From a virus (Duplodnaviria; Caudoviricetes): a stretch of 64,000 bases of DNA. The translations under genes were made by a program, and so were the position numbers. A model generated the notes under the pieces. That model did not search any database. It was not told the DNA's origin and worked only from the letters and a program-made list of their open reading frames with translations. Below, one piece after another: positions 49,523-60,491 of the stretch (the first letter of the stretch is position 1; each line of letters starts with the position of its first letter). The stretch covers positions 1 to 64,000 of IMG/VR virus record IMGVR_UViG_3300028048_000001; one strand, 5' to 3'.

Positions 49523-50299
49523 TTATTTTTTAAAGTGAGCAAATTTATTATCACTTATCTTTTCTATTTTTGGTTTTTTAAAATGTCCAAATTCTTTTTG
49601 ATTTGGCGATTTAAATTTAGAAGTTATTGGTACAGATAACTTCTTAAATTTATCCGATTGATTCTTTTCTTTATTATCTAATCTTTTTCTTGTTTTTCTA
49701 TCAGCATTAATTAATTCATTAGCTTTTCTAATTTTATCATCTGCATGTTCTACTGTTTGATTCCATACGTTTTTATTATATTTTTTAGCTAAAGTTTCCC
49801 ATCTTGATTTGGTAAATAAATCTCCTCTTTTAATTTCTAAATATGCAAAAAATATTGATTTTACATATCCAAGTTCATTTCTAGGATTTTTAATTTTTGC
49901 TTTTTGCTTTAATGCTAATTCACTCATTTTAGAAGATAAATCTTTTATAAACATCTTTCTAGAATTGAAAGCATAACAATAAGTGAATACAAAATTAGCA
50001 TCATTAGAATAAACTTGAATATCATAATTTTTTAAAGTCTTTTCCATTTTTACAGTACTTTTTGTAGGGTAAAATCTTATTACTGTATCATAATAAAAAT
50101 TTTTAGAAATTTCTGATGGGATTTTTAAATGAATATAATAATCATCGGATCCAACATAAAGATTATACATAATCAATCCATTTTCTTTAACTAACAATTC
50201 ATCAAACTGTTTTTGATACATTGCGTGGTACATTTGTCTATTAGTAATAATAGATGCACCTTTACCAGCAGGATTTTTTATATATTCATCAAATGTCAT
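49523..50299 (-). CDS. Hypothetical protein
   Basis: 258-aa ORF in operon. Confidence 0.8.
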   Translation of the reverse strand: MTFDEYIKNPAGKGASIITNRQMYHAMYQKQFDELLVKENGLIMYNLYVGSDDYYIHLKIPSEISKNFYYDTVIRFYPTKSTVKMEKTLKNYDIQVYSNDANFVFTYCYAFNSRKMFIKDLSSKMSELALKQKAKIKNPRNELGYVKSIFFAYLEIKRGDLFTKSRWETLAKKYNKNVWNQTVEHADDKIRKANELINADRKTRKRLDNKEKNQSDKFKKLSVPITSKFKSPNQKEFGHFKKPKIEKISDNKFAHFKK

Positions 50300-50658
50300 G
50301 GTAACTCACTCTTCCATCCATAAATTTCTCTATAATATGACCAAGGGCCATACATTTTACAATAATCATAACAAGATTGTCCTGTATAAGAATCTTTATG
50401 TTTGTAGTCTATTGTATAAGAATAATCTTTACATTGATAAAATTCAGTACTGTTAATTGTAGTTGTTTGATGTGGGAATGTAGTATAAGTTGTTGAAGTA
50501 TTAATTAAACTAGGGGATATTGTTGTATGATTAGACATTATAGTTCTACAGCAACTACATTCATTACATTTTGCATCACAATATCTCCATGTATTTCCAC
50601 ACATTCTCATCTTATATTCTGTATAATCTATATTTGGATTATAAGATTCAGAAAACAT
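50296..50658 (-). CDS. Cys-rich hypothetical protein (start revised to MFSES)
   Basis: AGAAGG RBS; listed start lies within a terminator hairpin. Confidence 0.6.
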   Translation of the reverse strand: MFSESYNPNIDYTEYKMRMCGNTWRYCDAKCNECSCCRTIMSNHTTISPSLINTSTTYTTFPHQTTTINSTEFYQCKDYSYTIDYKHKDSYTGQSCYDYCKMYGPWSYYREIYGWKSELP

Positions 50659-50711
50659 ATTAACCTTCTTTCTCTGGAGAAGGGATGTTACTCCCTTCTC
50701 CAAATATATTA

Positions 50712-52544
50712 TTAATAATGAGAGGTTAATGCTGGCGCTTGCAAAATAGCCTGATTAGCAGTATACATGATTGTAATAATCTTAGAAATAGTATCTAAAA
50801 TTACAGGTTCAGATTCAATTGATGTAAGCACTAATCCATCATATTTTTTAGTATTAATATTATAAGGCTTTCCACCTTCTAAATAAATATTGTCAATAAT
50901 AGTATCTATAACTTCATCATTGAAGACTGTTCTATATAGAGATCTGATCATGTTAGCATATGCTTCATTAATAATTTTAATCATATTATATAAATCTCTA
51001 TTTTCAAAACCATTTCTTTCAATCATATCTCTTGTGATACAATATCCCATTGTGTTGGCACCATATCCAACACCATTTTTTGCTGCAGAACGAGTATTAA
51101 GTACAGCATCTTCTACAAGATCTCTCAAAGAATCTCTATCAGAAATTGAAATTCCTCCAATAAATAATTCAACCATATTAGCTTTAACAGCATTTAATTG
51201 TCTTTTAAGAGATCCAAGTATACCAATATTTCCACCTTGTTCTGAATTCGATTTATATTGTGCTTCTAAGAAATTTATAATATTATTGTATGTTTTACTA
51301 TATATAGGATATCCTTCTTCATCTAATTTAATATCACCTTTTTCATCTTTTTCATACATTTTTTCTGGATCGATAAATCTGGTAATATTAGCATCGGCTT
51401 CTACTTCTCCAGCTGTACCATAGAATTCGCATACGTTTTTTAAAGTAGGAGCTAATCCGCTGTCTTGATCAGCTTTATGAATTTTATCATCAATATATTT
51501 TTTGATTGGTTTACATCCACAAAGATTAGATATATGATCTACATAATTTTCATCAAGTCCAGCATAATTTGTTACAATAAGTAATTGTGGTTTTTGAGAA
51601 TATTCAGATTCACTAAATTGAAGAAGCATTTGAACAACTCTTCTCATATATGCATGAGCATCCCTACTAATTTGTGGAGCTAAAATAACAGTAGGAATTT
51701 CTCTTTGCCTATTTGATCTTTTTCTCATTATATTTTCTTCAATAATTTCAACGAATAAAGCCAATTGTTCACTAGTATCGATTGACTCAGCAAATTGATA
51801 AATATGTACAGGATATGTTTCTGTAGATCTTATACGACAATCATTTCTTTCAAGATTATTAATCATAGCAGGGTCAGAATATCCAGCCTCAATTGTAATA
51901 CCATTATATGCTTTTACATATGTATTTTCATTTGTTGAAGCTGATACATCAATAAAAACAGACATTCCATAATCTTTATAAATTTGCTGAATTTGTTCAG
52001 CAATTTCAGCACTACCATTAGTAGATATATAAGCTATATTATAAATATCGTCAATAGTACAAGCTCTTCCATTTTCTCTTACTTTTTCACTAATGAGTTC
52101 AACACATTTTTTAAATAATCTCATTGTATCATATGGATCATATCCGAATTCTCCATTAAGATATGCTTCATTTAAAGCATCAAAAATCAATGAAGACATT
52201 ACTACTATAGATGAAGTACCATCACCAACAGTTTTTTCTATATATCTAGTAGAATTTTCAATTTCAGATTTAATAGCCATTTCAATAGGATATTGATATT
52301 TAATACTCTTAATAATTTTATTACCATCTTTTGAATATTCTGCAACAATATCCTGATCAGAAGATCCTCTTAAAATAAGAGAGTTAGAACCAGCTGGGCC
52401 CATTGAATTGATTATTGCTTCTTTAAGATCATTTAAAACAGAAGATTGAATTTCCTTAAGTTTCTGTCCAGATACAATGTTGTTAACAGGCTTTGATGAA
52501 TTTACTATTACTTTAGGTATTACTCTATTTTCATTTTTCATCAT
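50712..52544 (-). CDS. GroEL-like phage chaperonin
   Basis: SMGPAG, SKDG, VGDGTSS, EDAVLNTRSA..NGVGYGA. Confidence 0.88.
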   Translation of the reverse strand: MMKNENRVIPKVIVNSSKPVNNIVSGQKLKEIQSSVLNDLKEAIINSMGPAGSNSLILRGSSDQDIVAEYSKDGNKIIKSIKYQYPIEMAIKSEIENSTRYIEKTVGDGTSSIVVMSSLIFDALNEAYLNGEFGYDPYDTMRLFKKCVELISEKVRENGRACTIDDIYNIAYISTNGSAEIAEQIQQIYKDYGMSVFIDVSASTNENTYVKAYNGITIEAGYSDPAMINNLERNDCRIRSTETYPVHIYQFAESIDTSEQLALFVEIIEENIMRKRSNRQREIPTVILAPQISRDAHAYMRRVVQMLLQFSESEYSQKPQLLIVTNYAGLDENYVDHISNLCGCKPIKKYIDDKIHKADQDSGLAPTLKNVCEFYGTAGEVEADANITRFIDPEKMYEKDEKGDIKLDEEGYPIYSKTYNNIINFLEAQYKSNSEQGGNIGILGSLKRQLNAVKANMVELFIGGISISDRDSLRDLVEDAVLNTRSAAKNGVGYGANTMGYCITRDMIERNGFENRDLYNMIKIINEAYANMIRSLYRTVFNDEVIDTIIDNIYLEGGKPYNINTKKYDGLVLTSIESEPVILDTISKIITIMYTANQAILQAPALTSHY

Positions 52545-53194
52545 TTATCTTCTCCATAATTAGAATAATTTTTTCCTATAGATACAAATTCATTATATAA
52601 AGCTAAATTATTATCTGTATCTCTTATATAAATAGCATTATATCTTTTAGGAGATATATAAATCTTCTTTTGCACAATATCTGTTAAATTATTATTTGTA
52701 AAAAAAATATAATCTTTTACATAATATACATCTTTTGATGCTAAATTTCTTTTATCTTTATTATCGGTTGTTTTACTTATATTAAAAAATCTATATATTT
52801 CTTCTTCTTCTAATTTATCATTTATAAATATTACTGGATTAATTCCTAAATTATTACAATTAGCAAACATCATTGATATAAATAAATTTATATTTTTATA
52901 AGTAAGAGATCTATGAATTATATCTTTTTTATAAGTATCAAAAAAGCTTTTATATAATTCATCTATATCTGGTAAATTTTCTTCTGTAGATATTATAGAT
53001 AAAGGGTTCCAATTTAATCGAGAATATAAGAGTGATAGAATATATCTATCACTCTTATTTAATATATCTAATTTGAAGACTCTATCATCTTGGAATTTTT
53101 CTCTAATAAATCTAATTAGGCCTATATCTGTATCTACAAGAAAATTAAAATCTATTAATGTAGATAATACTCTACCACCTAAATTAGTATTCAT
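52541..53194 (-). CDS. Hypothetical protein, possibly HAD-like N-terminus
   Basis: LIDFNFLVDTD. Confidence 0.6.
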   Translation of the reverse strand: MNTNLGGRVLSTLIDFNFLVDTDIGLIRFIREKFQDDRVFKLDILNKSDRYILSLLYSRLNWNPLSIISTEENLPDIDELYKSFFDTYKKDIIHRSLTYKNINLFISMMFANCNNLGINPVIFINDKLEEEEIYRFFNISKTTDNKDKRNLASKDVYYVKDYIFFTNNNLTDIVQKKIYISPKRYNAIYIRDTDNNLALYNEFVSIGKNYSNYGEDK

Positions 53195-53199
53195 ATTTA

Positions 53200-54003
53200 T
53201 TATCCAAGTTCATCTTCCAAATTAGTAATAGGCTTATAATTATTACGTCCTGTATTATTGTCAGATTTATTATTAGAAGATTCTGAATAACCATTATTTA
53301 CTGAAGAAAAATATGAATTATTAGAAACTCCATTATAACTCTTATCTATTGCTCCAACTTTTTCTCCAATTTTTCTAATTAAATTAGATGCTTTAGCGGT
53401 TTCATATCTAGCAGTATCATGATAGAAATAAGCTGCAGCACATGAAGCATTTCTAGAATAATCTTCAAGAAGATCTTTTAACTGATTAAGTTCAATATAA
53501 TTATCATATTCTTTTTTAAATCCAAGTTTTACAATATCATTTATTTGAAGAGAATAATGATAATCTGTATTGAAATTAAATCTTTGATTAGATTCATATT
53601 TACCATTAGCATCTACTTTTGCAATAACAAGATAAGGCTTTCCCATATCTCTGCCAATAGCAATTAATCCTCTAGTTTCTCCTGTACCAGTATCAACTCC
53701 AAAAATATCAATAGCTTCTGGATTTTCAATAATTCTTTTTACACAAGTTGAAAATATTCTTGCCTTTGTGGGAGATAAATGAATATATGCTAATTCATTA
53801 TTTCTACCATCTTGTGCTGTTCCTGCCTCAGAAATAGATAATCTGAGAGTACCATTCCAAAAAGTAAAAGAGAGACGCAAATTATCAACAGGATTTTTTA
53901 TTGAAAGTCTTGAATAATATGTTGGATTATATAATGTATTATTCTGATTATTATTTGAATATGATCTATTGTTAGAATTGCTGTAGGTGCTACCGAGTGC
54001 CAT
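53200..54003 (-). CDS. Putative single-stranded DNA-binding protein
   Basis: Beta-rich core, N/S-rich linker, acidic C-terminal tip; inference. Confidence 0.35.
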   Translation of the reverse strand: MALGSTYSNSNNRSYSNNNQNNTLYNPTYYSRLSIKNPVDNLRLSFTFWNGTLRLSISEAGTAQDGRNNELAYIHLSPTKARIFSTCVKRIIENPEAIDIFGVDTGTGETRGLIAIGRDMGKPYLVIAKVDANGKYESNQRFNFNTDYHYSLQINDIVKLGFKKEYDNYIELNQLKDLLEDYSRNASCAAAYFYHDTARYETAKASNLIRKIGEKVGAIDKSYNGVSNNSYFSSVNNGYSESSNNKSDNNTGRNNYKPITNLEDELG

Positions 54004-54063
54004 AATATTTTCTCCTTTTTATAATTTTTAAATAAATAATAAGTTTTAAAAATAATAAAATAA

Positions 54064-54278
54064 ATTGGCCATATCAGTTATGAGCTGATGTTAAAAGAAT
54101 AATATAAATATAATAACAACATATGGCAAAAAGAAAGAGGGTTTGGCTTATCAAATTATATGTATCATCGGAGGTATAGGTGATTTAGTATAAATAATAT
54201 ATAGCATACCGAAAGGATTAGCAAATTATTCTTACATTTATATTAATCTTTTAGTCTTACATTAAACGAATGGCCAAT
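54064..54278 (-). ncRNA. Putative ~215-nt small RNA closed by a 9-bp terminal stem
   Basis: ATTGGCCAT/ATGGCCAAT; late-type motif at 54306-54317. Confidence 0.45.
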
Positions 54279-54342
54279 AAATATACTATTATGATTATAT
54301 AATAGTATATTTTTGTTATTATAAAAATAAAAATTAAATAAA

Positions 54343-56154
54343 TTAAAATTCTGGTTGTGTTAATTTATTTGTATCACTTGATAATACTAAAGTTAAATTA
54401 TATATCGATTGAACAGCCTCTTTTTCTGATACTCTAATATTCTCACATCCAAGATCTATATAGTTTGATTTAAGATTTACAAAATTTGAAAGTTCTTCGT
54501 TTGTTTCATTCATAAAAGATCCTTTTACTTGGATTGTATCGCCATCATAATCCATTCCAGCACCTTTTAGATAAAGATTACTTACTTGCATAGTATCTAC
54601 AAATTTACTTGCAGAGCTTTTTAATATATCTTCCATTCTAATTTTAGGATAAAATCTATAATATTCACCATTTAAAATTATTTGTTCTGTTTCTGTAGTA
54701 CTTGCAACTTCGATTCCAGTATATATAGTATTAAAATAACTATCATAAGGAAATCTTGTAATAGATATTGTTTTTCCTTCAGTAGATTTAACAGCTGCAA
54801 TATAAATTACATCAACCCAAGTTAATGGTCTTCTTATAATAGGCTCTGGATTAGTTTTTAATTCTTCTTTTGGATCTTTCCATCGTTCTCCTTTAAATTG
54901 CATCATATATACTTTTCCAGGATCCGAATTTTTATCTTTAATAGTAATCTCTATTGGAAGAAATCTATTATCATGAGAATATACAAATTTCTTTAATTGA
55001 TCTTTTAATTTATCATCAGTAAATTCAAGCATTACATTACTTACATCATAATTATGTAAATTTCCTTGAGAATCAATAACTTCATAATTTGTTACATTAA
55101 GAAATTCATTTTCAAAAAATTTTCTCATATGAAATAACATAAACGGATAAAAATCTGCAGCTACTGCAGCAAGAGGCATAGCAGATTTGTCTAATGAAAC
55201 CATTAAGTCATCTATAGTTTCTTTTTTAAGTTCTGGAGCAGATACGACCAATCTAGAAGAATAATCACTTGTATATCCAAGATTCATTTTTATAATTCCA
55301 AATTTACCACTTAACCCAGTTCCTGGATCTTTTATTGTATCGTTTCTATTTCCACAGAACCAATCATATATAGCTCTTAATGTTTCTTGTATTCTAGCAC
55401 ATGTTGTGTCTGCCATTGATAATCCGTAATCTGCATTATCTTTTAAAGCATTAGCAGCTGTTATAAGATTTACATATAAAGTATTAATCTGTCCAACACC
55501 AACATGCTTTTTACTAGTATTAGCATCTCTATAATATGGAGGAATTACTATCCATTTATTAGTAAATAAAGTTCCTCTTTTTAAATTATGATCTATATAT
55601 TTAATTCTCATATCTCTTGTACGAGAATTTGTTCTTTTAAATTTAATTTTATCAAAATTTGCTTTTAACCATTTTATTCCAGTACCACCACCTTGATCTT
55701 CTACTAAATTTCCATTTCCATCTATTTTATATTTTTTTAATCCTTTTACAATAAAACTAAATTTTTGATCTAATCTAAGTAAGCATTTATAACAACTTGG
55801 ATCTATAAAATATTCATAAAGATTAATATAAGCAAAAATGCCAGCTCTATCAGATTGAGTGATACCAAAAATTTCATTACTTAATAACCCATCAGAAGTT
55901 GGAACTCCTCCAGTAGCAAAAAATGTAGGGTTAGTTATAGGTTTTAATTCATTTACTTTTATATATCTATCGATATCTAATACTTCTAATGATAAAATCT
56001 CTTTTTTTGCTCTTTCTTCATAAGAAATTTCGTTAAGATATTTAAGTTCATTATCGTATTTAGAAAATTTTTCATCTAATGGATCTTCATAATATTTGAA
56101 TTCCATAATATCTTCATAGATAAATTCATTATTAGTATTATTTAATATTGGCAT
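54343..56154 (-). CDS. RNA polymerase beta'-like subunit (probably virion RNAP)
   Basis: DGLLSNEIFG, VIPPYYRD, GKFG...DYSSRLVVS, TRFP, GMDYDGD. Confidence 0.9.
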   Translation of the reverse strand: MPILNNTNNEFIYEDIMEFKYYEDPLDEKFSKYDNELKYLNEISYEERAKKEILSLEVLDIDRYIKVNELKPITNPTFFATGGVPTSDGLLSNEIFGITQSDRAGIFAYINLYEYFIDPSCYKCLLRLDQKFSFIVKGLKKYKIDGNGNLVEDQGGGTGIKWLKANFDKIKFKRTNSRTRDMRIKYIDHNLKRGTLFTNKWIVIPPYYRDANTSKKHVGVGQINTLYVNLITAANALKDNADYGLSMADTTCARIQETLRAIYDWFCGNRNDTIKDPGTGLSGKFGIIKMNLGYTSDYSSRLVVSAPELKKETIDDLMVSLDKSAMPLAAVAADFYPFMLFHMRKFFENEFLNVTNYEVIDSQGNLHNYDVSNVMLEFTDDKLKDQLKKFVYSHDNRFLPIEITIKDKNSDPGKVYMMQFKGERWKDPKEELKTNPEPIIRRPLTWVDVIYIAAVKSTEGKTISITRFPYDSYFNTIYTGIEVASTTETEQIILNGEYYRFYPKIRMEDILKSSASKFVDTMQVSNLYLKGAGMDYDGDTIQVKGSFMNETNEELSNFVNLKSNYIDLGCENIRVSEKEAVQSIYNLTLVLSSDTNKLTQPEF

Positions 56155-56206
56155 CTTTATTATCTCCTCAAAAAAGGGATAGGATATTAATTCCTATCCC
56201 AGAAAT

Positions 56207-56791
56207 TTAAAAACTCATATTAATATCATTAAGAGATCTTTGCAATCTATGTAAACAATAATCTATATCTTTTTCTTTAATATTAAAGTATTCGATATAA
56301 AACTCCTTTTTATTTGTTATTTTTAATATCCATTTTTCTAAATAATATTTGTCTAAATTTATATTAGAAATTATCCATTTAAATTTTACAAAGTTTTTTT
56401 CTTCTAAAGCATCTTCTAAAGTTATTTCTAATTTCTTTATTTTATTTATATTTTTAAATATATTTTGATTATTTTTTTCTCTAATATAATTAATAGTATT
56501 AATTATTACCCATTCTTTTTCTTCTATAGATCTTATTATTCCTATTTGAGATACTACTTCGTCCTCAAAAAATGTTATATAAGAAGACATTGTATTATTT
56601 TGAGTTAAATATGCTATAGTATCTTTTTCGTCACAAGAATCTAATATAATTGGTAAACCTATATATTCAGGAAATCCTTCAACTACTGTAGAGTATCTTC
56701 CTACTGTAACAGCAATTATATTATGCTTATTATTTTCTGTAGGTTTTAATACAACTATAGTACCATTTACTAAAAATCCTGGATTTTTCAT
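56207..56791 (-). CDS. Hypothetical protein
   Basis: AGGAG RBS. Confidence 0.7.
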   Translation of the reverse strand: MKNPGFLVNGTIVVLKPTENNKHNIIAVTVGRYSTVVEGFPEYIGLPIILDSCDEKDTIAYLTQNNTMSSYITFFEDEVVSQIGIIRSIEEKEWVIINTINYIREKNNQNIFKNINKIKKLEITLEDALEEKNFVKFKWIISNINLDKYYLEKWILKITNKKEFYIEYFNIKEKDIDYCLHRLQRSLNDINMSF

Positions 56792-56803
56792 TAAGCTCCT
56801 TCC

Positions 56804-57403
56804 TTAGAGCCAATTTTCATGTCTAAAAATAATTCCATGATAAAAATTTTGCATTGTTCTTGTATAATTATCTTGTATTTTTATTTGCTTATATAATAAA
56901 TACATTGTTTTATAATAGTATATAGATAATTGATATTTATAAATCTCTTCTTTATAAACTTCTAAATCATAATTATTACATAAAGAGATTAATAAATAAA
57001 TAATCATGAAAAGTGGCCTAAAAAATGTATTAACAGAATATTGATCTTTATTAATAATATTATAAAGATCAAGATTAAATTTTTCTAATAAATCTGTATT
57101 ATATTGTAATAAATCTTTATTATTTCTTGATATTGTAACAAAGATTTCATATATAATTGAACATATAGCTTCATCTATAATATTAATTTTAAAAATAGAA
57201 TATTCTAATTCAGAAAATATTGGTAAAATATTATCTGGGTTTAATGATTCATTATTAATAATTTTATACAAATAATCTAAACAATCTTGAATAGAAATAA
57301 ATTGATGTTCTGATTTTATTCTATTTAAAAAAGATAATTTATCTATTTCAAAAGGATTATGATGAATGGCTAATAAAGGTTTTAATTTGTTTATATCCTT
57401 CAT
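56804..57403 (-). CDS. Hypothetical protein
   Basis: GAGG RBS. Confidence 0.7.
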   Translation of the reverse strand: MKDINKLKPLLAIHHNPFEIDKLSFLNRIKSEHQFISIQDCLDYLYKIINNESLNPDNILPIFSELEYSIFKINIIDEAICSIIYEIFVTISRNNKDLLQYNTDLLEKFNLDLYNIINKDQYSVNTFFRPLFMIIYLLISLCNNYDLEVYKEEIYKYQLSIYYYKTMYLLYKQIKIQDNYTRTMQNFYHGIIFRHENWL

Positions 57404-57525
57404 TTATATAGTCCTCTTATATACAACCTATTATAATAAGGTTAAAATATGATAATTATAATAATATAAATATATCCCTAATAGGATCACCTATTAGGGA
57501 TATATTTATATTATTAATTATTATA

Positions 57526-58563
57526 TTACTTTCCTTCAAATTTATCAGCAGTTCCTCTAAGAGCTTTACCAATAGTTCTTCTAGCCCCAATTCCAGAGTT
57601 TCTGATTCCGTGATAAACTTTACCAGCAGGAGTTTGACTAAAGTTTTCTTTTTTAGCTTCTTTATTAGCTTCTTTTTGAGCTTTATTTTTTTCTCCTTCA
57701 TCAGATTTTACAGATTTAATAAGAGCACTAACAATAGAAGCATTTGCAAGATAGAATTTGTTATATGCTTTACACATATCTTTACAAACATTAGCATTGC
57801 TCTTAAGAGCATTATTTGCTCTATTCATAGCTTCGCCTAATTCTTCTCCTTTAAATGCAGAGAAATTTTTCTTCATATTATTAAGAGATTTATCTGCTTC
57901 TTCTCTATCTTTTCTAATTTTTTTAATAAGGTCATTTCCAGTAACAACATCAATCGCAGCACTTAAGACACCAGATTTAGTAACTTCTTTACCTTTACCA
58001 TTTTCTTCTCTAATACTGTTTTTAGCAATATCTTCAAATTCTTTAAAGAATTCATCTTTCTCATAAATAGTATGTTCTTTTTGAGAATTAGAAATTAATT
58101 TTTCTTTAAGTCCAGAATCAATTTTATTTTCAATAGCTTTAGATTGCCATCCATTCGTTTTAAAAGAAATGGAAATGTTATTACGTTCTGCATATTCAAC
58201 AGCTTTATCAAGTTTTTGTTTATTCATTCCAATGGTGGCAAGCTTATGCTTAAGAGAATCTATATTATTAGAAATAAAATCAATAATCTTGGAAAAAAGA
58301 GCACTAATCTTAGTTCTAATCGTGTCTACAGCTTGGAAAAACTTATCTTTAAGAGATCTACTATTTTCATTCTCTGAACCATCTTCATTAAAATAATTAA
58401 TTTCAACACCATTCTCATAAAGATATGAATGTTCTGTAAGAAGACAATTCATCATAAAATCATTACAAGTTTCATATACACCTATAAGCATATCATCACA
58501 AGCATCAGAAACACTCATACCTTCATATAAATTTTCTCTAGGCTGATCAATAACAGTAATCAT
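57526..58563 (-). CDS. Putative internal head protein
   Basis: Helical, LYE/LTE sites, late-type motif upstream. Confidence 0.55.
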   Translation of the reverse strand: MITVIDQPRENLYEGMSVSDACDDMLIGVYETCNDFMMNCLLTEHSYLYENGVEINYFNEDGSENENSRSLKDKFFQAVDTIRTKISALFSKIIDFISNNIDSLKHKLATIGMNKQKLDKAVEYAERNNISISFKTNGWQSKAIENKIDSGLKEKLISNSQKEHTIYEKDEFFKEFEDIAKNSIREENGKGKEVTKSGVLSAAIDVVTGNDLIKKIRKDREEADKSLNNMKKNFSAFKGEELGEAMNRANNALKSNANVCKDMCKAYNKFYLANASIVSALIKSVKSDEGEKNKAQKEANKEAKKENFSQTPAGKVYHGIRNSGIGARRTIGKALRGTADKFEGK

Positions 58564-58644
58564 AGTATTATAATACTCCTTTACTAATTTTAAAGTAAAA
58601 TTTTAACGTTAAAATGTTGTTTAAGATTATAAGAATTTTATATA

Positions 58645-59262
58645 TTAAAAGAGATCATCCCAATTAGTGAAACTCTCTTCAATATCATTGTCAACAAATT
58701 TATCATCTAAACCATCTACATTAGAAAATTGATCTTTTTCTTCTGGATAAGATGGAACAGTATTCTGATCAACTCCATCATCATCTATATAATCGTCTTC
58801 GTCTTCACCGTTAGGAGCATATCCATCTTCTTCAAGAACAGCAAGAATATACTCTGCTGCTTCTCTAAGATTCTTTCTCACATTAGCCGGTAAATCAGGA
58901 ATATTAGTAGCTTCAGCTTCTGTAGCTTCAGTAAAATATTTACTCATATTAGTATCTTCCTCCAGATTATCAAAATCTTCACTTGTAAGAGCTTTATTGA
59001 AAATCATTTCAACATCAGTATCTTCACCATCGGATGCAGTGGTAAAACTATTAGCAGCATCAGCAGCTGCATCAAGTCCTTCACTATCTGGTTGATCTAA
59101 TTTATCTTCTCCAAATTCATCTTGTTCTTGAACTGGATCATCACCAAAATCATTACTTGGCTTTTTACTAGAAGGAGTAACTTCTCCAAATTCTTTACTA
59201 TTATCATTAGCATGACTGAAGTCTTCATGTAATGATTTCATATAATCACTAAAATTAATCAT
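58645..59262 (-). CDS. Acidic putative prohead core protein
   Basis: D/E-rich; LREAAEYILAVLEE motif; late-type motif at 59311-59322. Confidence 0.55.
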   Translation of the reverse strand: MINFSDYMKSLHEDFSHANDNSKEFGEVTPSSKKPSNDFGDDPVQEQDEFGEDKLDQPDSEGLDAAADAANSFTTASDGEDTDVEMIFNKALTSEDFDNLEEDTNMSKYFTEATEAEATNIPDLPANVRKNLREAAEYILAVLEEDGYAPNGEDEDDYIDDDGVDQNTVPSYPEEKDQFSNVDGLDDKFVDNDIEESFTNWDDLF

Positions 59263-59409
59263 TTTTATAAATCATATCCTTATAATAAGGATATAACTCC
59301 TTTCTTATATTATAATTAAGTTCTGTAATTATAATACTGACAGGTATTTATTTAGTATAATATTACGAGCTCAAAAAATAATTTATATTATACTAATTTA
59401 TTAAAAATA

Positions 59410-60474
59410 TTAAAATAACCCACCATCGTCGGAAGAATCATCATCTTCTTTTTTTCTTTTCTTTCTATATTCTTCATCATCTTTTTCTGATTCTTTTTTA
59501 GCTTTAGAATCTTTAAGTGCAAAGATGTTAGAAAGTTTCTTCAAAGTTTCTACAATTTTCATTTGTCTTTGATATACTACTTTTTTATGATCATCTCCCT
59601 GATCATCATCCCTATATTGTAAATTCTCAGCATTTACTCTTAAAAATTCTGCTTGAATAGCAAAATAATCAGATACATTCATACTCATATTAAGAAGCCA
59701 ATAAATTGCTTTTCTTAATACAAAGAATAACATTTTAAGTGATTGAATGCTTAAAATAATAAATGCAGGAATTTTTACAATTATAGGTAATCCAGCAAGA
59801 ACTGCTGGAAATACTTCATTAAGAGAATCATAATTTTCTCCAGCAGCTTCTCTCATATGAGTAGCATTATTTTTAATACATTCATTGCATACTTTATCAA
59901 TATTACCATTTCTACATTCATTATTAAATTGCTCTGCATATTGATATAATATATGATCATGAGATTTATTATAAGATGCTTTATCGAAACTTATAGAAAA
60001 TGAATCATGACCATTTTTAATATATTCTATAGAAGAAGTAATTAATAATGATGTTCCTGCTACTACTGACATAACAGCCATATTATATAGCATAATAGGT
60101 AATTCAATATTAAGAGCAAATGCTTTAGCAAAAGTACGTTCTCTTTTTTGTATATTATCTATTAACGTATAAAGAGTAGTAACTTGTTTAGGATCTTCAT
60201 TATATTCTGTTATAAGATCTCTAATAATATTGAGACAATCAACCATTTGCTGATAATTTTCTACCTTAGTGATAATACCTTTAGATCTTGGAATAGTACC
60301 AAAATCTATAGCAGTATAATTAGATTTAATATGTTCATAAAGCTTTTCAACAATATGCTCTATATTAGATATCTTTTTAGCTTCATTGCAAAATAATATT
60401 TCTTTTTTTGTTTTATAGTCAGATAAATCATAATATTCACTGACTAATTGCATATATTGAATATCAGTAAGCAT
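59410..60474 (-). CDS. Putative virion protein
   Basis: In late operon; hydrophobic segments. Confidence 0.5.
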   Translation of the reverse strand: MLTDIQYMQLVSEYYDLSDYKTKKEILFCNEAKKISNIEHIVEKLYEHIKSNYTAIDFGTIPRSKGIITKVENYQQMVDCLNIIRDLITEYNEDPKQVTTLYTLIDNIQKRERTFAKAFALNIELPIMLYNMAVMSVVAGTSLLITSSIEYIKNGHDSFSISFDKASYNKSHDHILYQYAEQFNNECRNGNIDKVCNECIKNNATHMREAAGENYDSLNEVFPAVLAGLPIIVKIPAFIILSIQSLKMLFFVLRKAIYWLLNMSMNVSDYFAIQAEFLRVNAENLQYRDDDQGDDHKKVVYQRQMKIVETLKKLSNIFALKDSKAKKESEKDDEEYRKKRKKEDDDSSDDGGLF

Positions 60475-60491
60475 AATATAATTTATCCTCC

